From assembly GCA_017501245.1 (NCBI GenBank), contig JAFVXI010000026.1:30932-94931 (forward strand): a DNA stretch of 64,000 bases, written 5' to 3'. The DNA is from Clostridia bacterium. GTDB lineage: Bacteria > Bacillota > Clostridia > Oscillospirales > CAG-272. The first letter of the stretch is position 1. Every line of letters starts with the position of its first letter. Shown here in pieces: positions 1 through 6,770 of the stretch. The notes beneath the pieces are model-generated. The model saw only the letters and a program-made list of their open reading frames with translations. It did no database searches and was not told the origin of the DNA. The translations under genes and the position numbers were made by a program.

Positions 1-2
1 CC

Positions 3-1049
3 GTAAACGAGAGCTCTGCAATAGTTATTCCCGCAGACGGCGCAGTTACCGTTTGCAGCGGTCAGGCATCTTATGACTACTGCCTTGTACAGAACTCTCT
101 TCCTCAGAGCCGTATCGCTATCCTTCCCGAGATTGGTGAGGTAAGCGGATTTGAGTACGACACCGAGGGACAGCTTGACTTCGCAGAGCTCTTTGCACAG
201 GTTAAGGCTGAGCACCCCGGCATTAAGAGAATTGGCTTTATCGGCAGACTTATCTTCCCCTCAATCATTATGAAGAAGCTTGAGAAGGTATTCCCCGACG
301 CTGACATTGTTGACTTTGACGACGTTCACTACGAGCAGAGAATAATCAAGAGCGCAGCCGAGATTGAGTGCCTCAAGACCAACTGGGAGATGGTTAGCGA
401 GATGTTCACTAACGTCGTTCCCAAGATTGAGGTTGGCATGACCGAAAGACACATCGAGGGTATGTTTGAGGCAGAGATGATGCGTCTTGGCGCAGAGAGC
501 TACGTTCAGTCCTTCGCTCCTATGGTAGCGACCGGCCCTAAGAACTCCTACATAAGCATGTGCAGAAACACTCTCAGAAAGATTGAGGAGAGCGAGATTA
601 TCAACCTTGCGGCAGGCGTTTGCTACGAGGGATACAACGGAATTACCTGTAGCCCCCTTGTTCTTGGAGCAATTCCCCAGAAGATTAAGGACGCTGTAAG
701 CTGCGCTTACGAGGCTCTTAACTACGCATCTGCAAAGATGGCTCCCGGCACTCCCTGTGACGTAGTTCTTAATGCATACACCGATTACCTCACCAAGTAC
801 GGTTACATCGATTATTGTCCTTACGGAAGCCTTCACAGCACCGGTATGCTCGAGTGCGAGGCTCCTATCTTCTCGGTTGCTAACAAGAGAGTTATCGAGG
901 AGAATATGGCAATCTGCATCGACGCTTACTTCAAGGGTATGGAGTGGGGCTCGTTCCGTATTGAAGACTGCTACCTCATCGGTGCAAACGGCGCAAAGCG
1001 TATGACCACCTACAACGATAAGGCATTGCCCAAGATTTTCAAATTCTAA
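3..1049 (+). CDS. M24-family pita-bread fold protein (creatinase / Xaa-Pro peptidase-like), 5' end cut by the window edge
   Basis: Frame 3 is open from nt 3, so the ORF-track Met at 270 is internal. The C-terminal half shows M24-like motifs (RIIKSAAEIE, LHSTGMLECEAP, FRIEDCYLIG). The upstream part resembles a creatinase/prolidase N domain. Confidence 0.8.
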   Translation, partial: VNESSAIVIPADGAVTVCSGQASYDYCLVQNSLPQSRIAILPEIGEVSGFEYDTEGQLDFAELFAQVKAEHPGIKRIGFIGRLIFPSIIMKKLEKVFPDADIVDFDDVHYEQRIIKSAAEIECLKTNWEMVSEMFTNVVPKIEVGMTERHIEGMFEAEMMRLGAESYVQSFAPMVATGPKNSYISMCRNTLRKIEESEIINLAAGVCYEGYNGITCSPLVLGAIPQKIKDAVSCAYEALNYASAKMAPGTPCDVVLNAYTDYLTKYGYIDYCPYGSLHSTGMLECEAPIFSVANKRVIEENMAICIDAYFKGMEWGSFRIEDCYLIGANGAKRMTTYNDKALPKIFKF

Positions 1050-1061
1050 GGAGATTTTAAA

Positions 1062-1430
1062 ATGGAAAAGGGAAAAAACAATTGGGTCTTCTGTGACGGA
1101 TACCTTCCCCCTCACGGCAATGACCCCGAGTTCGAGGGCCACGAGGCTCTTATGATAACCAACCTTAACGATAAGACCGCAAATATAGAGCTTACCTTCA
1201 TCTTCGAGGACAGAGAGCCCGAGAAGGACATCAAGGTTACTCTTGACGGTATGAGAACCACTTGCATACGTCTTGACAAGCCTCTCGGCGACAAGGGCTT
1301 TATGCTTGGTGAGTCTGTTCAGTACACCGTTTGGGTACAGAGCGACGTTCCCGTTTGCGCTTGCTTTGGCAGACTTGACGTCCGTCAGACAAATATGTCT
1401 TATTACAGCGTAGAGGGATATTCTTTCTAA
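1062..1430 (+). CDS. ASRT-family protein (Anabaena sensory rhodopsin transducer-like, PF07100-type), copy A
   Basis: 122 aa. Motifs W-x4-DGYLPPHGNDPE, GHEALMI, IELTFIFEDREP, RTTCIRLD and QSDVPV..GRLDVRQ line up with ASRT/TM1070 as I recall them. AAGGAG overlaps the upstream stop, with a 12-nt gap. Confidence 0.8.
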   Translation: MEKGKNNWVFCDGYLPPHGNDPEFEGHEALMITNLNDKTANIELTFIFEDREPEKDIKVTLDGMRTTCIRLDKPLGDKGFMLGESVQYTVWVQSDVPVCACFGRLDVRQTNMSYYSVEGYSF

Positions 1431-1446
1431 TCTAATCAAAACAAAT

Positions 1447-1487
1447 GAGCCGCTTCCTCATTCCGAGGTCACGGCTCGTTTTTTTAT
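1447..1487. terminator. Hairpin with flanking T/A runs between convergent genes (probably bidirectional terminator)
   Basis: GAGCCG(1447-1452)...CGGCTC(1472-1477) with inner CCTC/GAGG pairing, followed by GTTTTTTTATT. The reverse strand is also T-rich after the stem. Confidence 0.5.
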
Positions 1488-2341
1488 TGTATGGTTTTTT
1501 GGTATGCAGACGGGGTTAATCCTATATGCTTCTTGAAAACCTTGGTAAAATAGGTCGGACTTTCGAATTTCAGTTGATTGGAAACAGAGGAGGGGGAGGC
1601 GCTCTCGCGCAGAAGCTCCTTTGCGCGCTGTATCTTCAGCTCTGTGTAATACTTCATAATAGAAGTGCCCGTGTTTTTCTTGAAAACGTTGTTTAAGAAG
1701 GTTTTGCTGTAAAAGGTATGTCGGCAAATGTCATCGAGCGTTATTCGTGCCTCCACGTTTTTCTTTAAAATGATAATTATATCATTTACGAGAGTGCTTT
1801 CAAACTCAACGCTGTTCATCACCATTTTAATATCGCTGCTTTGGTTTATAATATCGCGAGTCAGGTGTATGAGAAGCCTTTCTATGTTGTTTTCAACCAG
1901 CTGCTGCGCGCCAAAGGTGGGAGTGTCAAGAAGCTTAAGACGCCTCTCAAAAGGAAATGAAAAGGCTTTTTTAGACTCGCTAAGTATATCAGATACCAGA
2001 ACCCTTGAATTTTTGTCAAGGGATATTTTTTTATCGAAAACCGCAAGTATTTCCGAATTACTGCGGAAGCAAACGATGAATATAGCGGCGGGAGTGGCCT
2101 TTACTGCGGAATAGTAGTGCCGTGTCTGTCGGGGAATGAGCATAAAATCGCCTTGGTTCAAGACGGTTTCCTTTCCGTTCATGATGCACTTGATTTTTCC
2201 GCTGTCAATATAGGCAAACTCGTAAAAATCGTGCACTTCCTCAGGATAAGAAAAGTTAGAGGAGGTATCAAGATATTCTACGGTTATCAAGTTTTTAACG
2301 GATATGATTTTGTTTATCTGGTAGTTAAAATATTTCTTCAT
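1484..2341 (-). CDS. AraC-family transcriptional regulator with N-terminal cupin-type sensor domain
   Basis: C-terminal HTH_AraC signature (FYSKTFLNNVFKKNTGTSIMKYYTELKIQRAKELL...FESPTYFTKVFKKHIGLTPSAY). I prefer the ATG at 2341 because AAGGAAG lies 10 nt upstream. The GTG at 2350 has no usable spacing. Confidence 0.85.
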   Translation of the reverse strand: MKKYFNYQINKIISVKNLITVEYLDTSSNFSYPEEVHDFYEFAYIDSGKIKCIMNGKETVLNQGDFMLIPRQTRHYYSAVKATPAAIFIVCFRSNSEILAVFDKKISLDKNSRVLVSDILSESKKAFSFPFERRLKLLDTPTFGAQQLVENNIERLLIHLTRDIINQSSDIKMVMNSVEFESTLVNDIIIILKKNVEARITLDDICRHTFYSKTFLNNVFKKNTGTSIMKYYTELKIQRAKELLRESASPSSVSNQLKFESPTYFTKVFKKHIGLTPSAYQKTIQ

Positions 2342-2483
2342 ATCTACCACTCTTCCTTTATGCTATTTCATAATGAGTATAGCATACTTTTAGATCGTTT
2401 TCAAGCAATTTTGAAAAAAAGAGAAAAAATCGAATAGAAATTCAAATATTTTATTTTTTACCATTTTTGACACATTTTTTCCC

Positions 2484-2513
2484 TTGTTAATAAAAGCATG
2501 TAAATGTTATAAT
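2484..2513 (+). promoter_or_regulatory. SigA-type promoter candidate for the M81/M24/ASRT operon
   Basis: TTGTTA(2484-2489), 18 nt, TATAAT(2508-2513) with an extended -10 TGt. It lies in the AT-rich divergent region shared with the AraC gene. Confidence 0.5.
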
Positions 2514-2550
2514 TCAATTAGATAAACATAAAGTTTCAAAGGAGAAGGAT

Positions 2551-3951
2551 ATGGATATTATTATTGCCTCTTATCAATGCGAGTCTAACACTCTTGCAAC
2601 GCATCACCCAGGCAAAGAAGACTTTGAATATGCCGCCGGAGATGCCGTTTCGAGAAAGCTTGCCGTAACCGAGCTGTTTGAGAGGGAGGGCTTCACGGTC
2701 ATTCCTTCGATATACGCCGACGCGCTTCCCTCGGGTACTGTCGAGCAGGATATTCACGCATATTATTCCGAGCAGATTTTAGATACTGTCAGAGCCAACC
2801 CCGACGCCCACGGCGTATTTATCTTCTTCCACGGTAGTATGGAGGTTGACGGAATTGGAAGCGGAGAGCTCGATATTCTGAAGAAAATTCGCAAGATACT
2901 TAAAAATAAAAGCGCACTCATCGCCATCAGCCTTGACGCGCACGCTAATATAACCGACGAGCTCTGCGACTACGCCGACATTATCAGCGGATTTAAGACG
3001 ATACCTCACGTCGATCAGGCGGAGTGTCAGAGAAGATCTGCTGAGGCACTTTGCTACTGTCTCAAAAACTCGGTTAAGCCCTACTCGTATATGCAGAGAG
3101 TGCCCTTCTTACTTAAAAACGATACAGTTCAGACGGGATACGAGCCTCTTAAGAGCCTTATTGAAGAAACCAAACGCCTCGAGAGCACCGAGGATATACT
3201 TTGCGCGAACCTCTTCCTCGGTCACTGTTGGATAGACGCACCCAACACCTCTGCCTCCACGCTCGTAACCGCCTTGAAGCCCGAGGTAGCGCGCGACGTT
3301 GCAAAGGAGCTTGCAGTCAAGCTTTGGAACACAAGACGCGACTATAAGTTCACGGTTGAAGCCGAAGAGCCCGAGGAGTGCGTAAAGCGTGCTATCGAGG
3401 GCAAGGAGAGAAGAATATTCATTACCGACAGCGGAGATAACACCACCGCAGGAGCAGAGGGTGACACAACCGGAATACTTGAGCTCTTGCTTGCCGAAAA
3501 GCCCGAAAAGAAGGTCTGCGTTGCAGGTATAACCGATTTTGATACCGTTGACGGTCTTTGGAGCTGTGCTGACGGAGCGCAGGTTGAGCTTAAGAAGCTC
3601 GGCGTTTCGGGAGTCGTTAAGGCTCACGGTAAGGTTCTCGGCTGGACGGGAGAGTGCCTGGGACGCAGCCTTGCGGTTACCGTCGGAAACATCGACGTTA
3701 TATTCACCGACCTTCGCAGCTCCTACACGAGAAAGGAAAGCTTCGACGCCGCAAACGTCGATCTCCTCGCGTACGAGATAGTCGTAGTAAAGCTCGGCTA
3801 TCTTTTCACCGCCTTGAAGCCCTACGCCGACAGAGAGCTCTTCGCTCTTTCAGAGGGCTCTAGCTGTGTTGAGCTTAAAAAGCTCGGACTGAAGAGAATT
3901 CTTCGTCCTATGTTCCCACTTGACGAGTTTGAGTTTGACCCCTATAAATAA
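2551..3951 (+). CDS. M81-family (MlrC / microcystinase C-like) metallopeptidase
   Basis: 466 aa. N-terminal CESNTL (HETNTF-like), SLDAHAN and ITDSGDNTTAG motifs are typical of DUF1485 + MlrC_C proteins. AAGGAGAAGG SD. Confidence 0.75.
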   Translation: MDIIIASYQCESNTLATHHPGKEDFEYAAGDAVSRKLAVTELFEREGFTVIPSIYADALPSGTVEQDIHAYYSEQILDTVRANPDAHGVFIFFHGSMEVDGIGSGELDILKKIRKILKNKSALIAISLDAHANITDELCDYADIISGFKTIPHVDQAECQRRSAEALCYCLKNSVKPYSYMQRVPFLLKNDTVQTGYEPLKSLIEETKRLESTEDILCANLFLGHCWIDAPNTSASTLVTALKPEVARDVAKELAVKLWNTRRDYKFTVEAEEPEECVKRAIEGKERRIFITDSGDNTTAGAEGDTTGILELLLAEKPEKKVCVAGITDFDTVDGLWSCADGAQVELKKLGVSGVVKAHGKVLGWTGECLGRSLAVTVGNIDVIFTDLRSSYTRKESFDAANVDLLAYEIVVVKLGYLFTALKPYADRELFALSEGSSCVELKKLGLKRILRPMFPLDEFEFDPYK

Positions 3952-3985
3952 AATAAAAAACAAAATTATATAAAGGAGAAAAATC

Positions 3986-5157
3986 ATGGCTTATTACAAC
4001 AAACAGGAAACCGAAAAGAGAGTAGCGAAGGTTGTTGAGCTTCTTAACGAGAAGGACACCGATATTGCTATTATCTACTTTGACGAGCTTAACGTTGCTA
4101 ACGGCTGGTATCTTACCGGTTGGTGCGGACAGTTCGAGAAGGGTGCGGTTCTCGTAGGAAGAGATGGAACTACCATGCTTCTTGGCGGACCCGAGAGCGA
4201 GCCCTTTGCAAAGCAAGACTCGGCTATCACCGACGTACGTTGCTTCCCCGTATTTATGGTTCCCGACGAGGAGTATCCTCTCGCAACCATCATTAGCTTC
4301 AGCGACCTTTTCGCAGAGCTTACTAAGAAATTCCCCGTAAAGAGAGTCGGACTTGTAGGCACTACCGATATGCCCTACGCAGTACACGAGGACCTCGTAC
4401 GCGGCTTCGTTGGCTGTGAGCTTGTTGACCTCACCGACGACTATCTCAAGTTCCGTTACATAAAGAGTACTGGGAGGTAGAGCAGGCGAGAGCGGCTACA
4501 AGACTTGCATGCAAGGCGTACAAGGCAATGGCAGAGAAGGTAAAGGCAGGCAATAAGGAGTACGAGGTAGCGGCAGCAGGCGAAACAGTTTGCCGTGAGA
4601 ACGGAGCTGACAGCTTTGCTTACAGAACCATCGTAGGAAGCGGAATTCGTTCAAACGCAGTAGTTCCTACCGCAACCAACAAGGTAATGCAGGACGGCGA
4701 GATGGTAATGCTTGGTATCGCTCCCCGTATCAACGGCTACGCAGGTACCTTTGGACATACCGTTCCCGTAAGCGGCGAGTACACTCCCGAGCAGAAGAAG
4801 TGCCTTATCGATATGATTGAGGTTATGAAGCTCACTAAGAGCATGCTCAAAATCGGTAACACCGGACGTCAGATAGACGAGGTCGGCAGAGCGCTTTACG
4901 AAAAGGGCGGTTACCTCAAGTATCTCGTTTGTCCCTTCGCACACACTATGGGACTTATGGAGGCAGAAGCACCCTTCTTCGGACCTAACAGCGACGACGC
5001 GCTTGAGAAGAATATGATAGTCAACGTTGACGTTTCCTTCTTCGGACACCCCACTCTTCACGGACTTCGCGTAGAGACCTGCTACGTTATCACCGAGAAC
5101 GGCGCAGAGCCCCTTTGTCCTGAGTTTGAGGAAGAGCTTTTCAACTACGTAAAGTAA
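3986..5157 (+). pseudogene. M24-family pita-bread fold gene, copy B, interrupted by a frame change (frame 2 to frame 1) near 4462-4480
   Basis: ORFs 3986..4480 and 4528..5157 are the N and C halves of one M24-like protein. Frame 1 already reads KEYWEVEQARAATRLACKAYKAMAEKV from 4462. This completes the family motif R-x-IKS-xx-E-x-E that copy A has as RIIKSAAEIE. A single missing base or a -1 slip restores one 390-aa ORF. Confidence 0.75.
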
Positions 5158-5176
5158 TTTTAAAGGAGAAACAGAA

Positions 5177-5539
5177 ATGAACGGAAAGAAAAACTGGGTA
5201 TTTTGCGACGGTGACCTTCCTCCTCACGGAGATAATCCCGACTTCCTCGGCCACGAGGCGCTTATGATAACGAACGTAGGCAAAAAGGACGCAAAGATTC
5301 GCATCAAGGTAATCTTCGAGGATAAAGAGCCCTACGATAACATTACGATAGACCTCGGAGCAGAGAGAACCACCTGCCTTCGACTTGACTATCCTATCGG
5401 CAAGGAGCAGTATCAGATTCCCTTTGGTCAGTACGCGCTCCATATTAAGTCGAACGTTCCCGTTTGCGCTTGCTTTGGCAGACTTGACGTCCGTCAGACC
5501 AATATGGCTTATTACAGCCTTAGCGGATACGCGTTTTAA
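5177..5539 (+). CDS. ASRT-family protein (sensory rhodopsin transducer-like), copy B
   Basis: 120 aa paralogue of 1062..1430 (NWVFCDGDLPPHGDNPDF, GHEALMITN, NVPVCACFGRLDVRQTNMAYYS). AAGGAG SD, 19 nt after the upstream stop. Confidence 0.8.
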   Translation: MNGKKNWVFCDGDLPPHGDNPDFLGHEALMITNVGKKDAKIRIKVIFEDKEPYDNITIDLGAERTTCLRLDYPIGKEQYQIPFGQYALHIKSNVPVCACFGRLDVRQTNMAYYSLSGYAF

Positions 5540-5552
5540 TTGAATATCAGAA

Positions 5553-5593
5553 GAGCCAAGACCTCGAAAGAAGTCTTGGCTCGGTTTTTGTTT
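5553..5593 (+). terminator. Rho-independent terminator of the M81/M24/ASRT operon
   Basis: GAGCCAAGAC(5553-5562), 10-nt loop, GTCTTGGCTC(5573-5582), then GGTTTTTGTTTG. Confidence 0.8.
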
Positions 5594-5652
5594 GTAGGGA
5601 GTTGCGTCCCGCCCTATCTTTCGGGGTGCAACGCCATGCTTGCAAACGAGGC

Positions 5653-6072
5653 CTATGTATTTTTTGTTTTTCTTACAACCTGTGTTTTTGCGATGGAATC
5701 ACCTAAGCGTTTGCCTTTGTTAACTAAAACAACAATGCCTTCAATCTGCACGATTACATATGTAACGTTTCTCAATATCAAACTTCCAAAAGATGCTTTT
5801 TCTCCGGTTTCGGAATTTTGAATTGTCAGCCCACAGATAAGTTTACCCAGACTTCTTCTTCCAAACAAGCAATCCTTGAATAAACAATATAGAGGTAACC
5901 ATGCAAGCCCCATAAGGAATCCCGCAGAACTTAACATCTTGATGCTTGGATAAAGTAGGTATTCAGGGTTGCTTCCGGGGCCGTAGAACATAAGCACCAT
6001 GGCAACACCGAACATAATATTCCAGTCAATTACAAATGCGAAAAATCTTCGAATGAGAAGCTTAAAGTCCAT
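5653..6072 (-). CDS. RDD-family membrane protein
   Basis: 139 aa with RRFFAFVIDW, GRRSLGKLICGL and RLGDSIAKTQVV (the R..D..D pattern) and 3 hydrophobic segments. It is visibly more AT-rich than its neighbours. Confidence 0.7.
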   Translation of the reverse strand: MDFKLLIRRFFAFVIDWNIMFGVAMVLMFYGPGSNPEYLLYPSIKMLSSAGFLMGLAWLPLYCLFKDCLFGRRSLGKLICGLTIQNSETGEKASFGSLILRNVTYVIVQIEGIVVLVNKGKRLGDSIAKTQVVRKTKNT

Positions 6073-6103
6073 ATTTTACCACCTTTCCATTTGCTTATAT
6101 CTT

Positions 6104-6132
6104 ATTATACCACAAATTTGTAAATATTTCAA
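6104..6132 (-). promoter_or_regulatory. SigA-type promoter of the RDD gene
   Basis: On the minus strand: TTGAAA(6132-6127), 17 nt, TATAAT(6109-6104) with TGg extended -10. GGTGG SD upstream of the ATG at 6072. Confidence 0.6.
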
Positions 6133-6171
6133 ATCTTTCGCAAGTTCAAATCTGTCTACAGCCCCGAAATG

Positions 6172-6344
6172 AATGAAATCGTGCGTTGCACGATGAAATC
6201 CGAGCGAGGCGCGGATGAAATCTTCGGCGTGTCGCCTTAGATGAAATTAAATCCGTCCTACCTCTCCCCGCAAAGCGGGATTTCATCACGAAGTGCTTTC
6301 ATCCCGCATTAGTGGGATTTATCCCGTCCGTAAGGACGGATTTA
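6172..6344. repeat. Array of short ATC-stem-loop-stem-GAT hairpins / periodic GATGAAATC motif in two inverted blocks
   Basis: Plus-strand motif copies sit at 6172, 6192, 6214 and 6240 (aATGAAATC, GATGAAATC x2, GATGAAATT). The reverse complement (GATTTCATC-like) sits at 6278, 6296, 6316 and 6338. Individual hairpins are 6178-6194, 6198-6216, 6220-6242, 6267-6279, 6301-6318 and 6321-6341, each with a different stem sequence. Confidence 0.7.
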
Positions 6345-6348
6345 GTTG

Positions 6349-6380
6349 AAAAAAGCACTTGCCGAGGCAAGTGCTTTTTT
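6349..6380 (-). terminator. Rho-independent terminator directly after tRNA-Gln (symmetrical, could act in both directions)
   Basis: A6 run, AGCACTTGC(6354-6362), loop CGAG, GCAAGTGCT(6367-6375), T6 run. On the minus strand it starts 1 nt after the tRNA CCA end. Confidence 0.85.
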
Positions 6381-6381
6381 C

Positions 6382-6456
6382 TGGCAGGGGTAGCTGGATT
6401 CGGACCAACGAATAAAGGAGTCAAAGTCCTTTGCCTTACCACTTGGCGATACCCCT
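6382..6456 (-). tRNA. tRNA-Gln (anticodon UUG), CCA encoded
   Basis: The reverse complement reads AGGGGTATCGCCAAGTGGTAAGGCAAAGGACTTTGACTCCTTTATTCGTTGGTCCGAATCCAGCTACCCCTGCCA. It has a 7-bp acceptor stem and anticodon loop CUUUGAC, and closely resembles E. coli tRNA-Gln. Confidence 0.93.
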
Positions 6457-6470
6457 GTATTTACCCTAGC

Positions 6471-6499
6471 ATTATATCATATTTGTTTTTCTATGTCAA
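6471..6499 (-). promoter_or_regulatory. Consensus SigA promoter of tRNA-Gln
   Basis: On the minus strand: TTGACA(6499-6494), 17 nt, TATAAT(6476-6471). The tRNA 5' end lies 14 nt downstream. Confidence 0.75.
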
Positions 6500-6568
6500 T
6501 AGAAATATTCTTATCGCATACCACGTAGATAAAATGAGAAGAGCTTTCAAGTTTTGCTATATAGCTTG

Positions 6569-6598
6569 TTGACAATACGTATGTCTTTATGCTATTAT
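6569..6598 (+). promoter_or_regulatory. SigA-type promoter candidate upstream of the EamA transporter gene (about 170-nt leader)
   Basis: TTGACA(6569-6574), 18 nt, TATTAT(6593-6598). Confidence 0.5.
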
Positions 6599-6770
6599 TT
6601 CACTATAAAATAATTAAAGAGCAGGGCGACGATATCTATGCAGTATAGCACGGGCTATCGCTGCCTGCATTGATCAAAAAGCAACAAAAACTATCACAAA
6701 ACAAAGATTTTTCCCATCAAGGTACATATATACTATAATCCCGTCGGGAAATCTCGGAAAAAGAAAGCAT

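Noticed and set aside
2359-2386. An inverted repeat, TATGCTA-N14-TAGCATA, just upstream of the AraC gene start.
   Set aside because: It is a plausible autoregulatory site, but a single 7-bp inverted repeat in an AT-rich region is not sufficient evidence.
6312-6572. An 86-aa ORF overlapping tRNA-Gln, and likewise 7829..8062 overlapping tRNA-Thr and tRNA-Tyr.
   Set aside because: These are translations through tRNA genes and terminators and are not coding.
6599-6770. A leader of about 170 nt upstream of the EamA transporter, with a GCAGG...CGATA / TATCG...CCTGC hairpin. I considered it as a riboswitch.
   Set aside because: I could not match it to any riboswitch consensus I know. A second weak promoter-like TATAAT (6744-6749) may make the long leader illusory.
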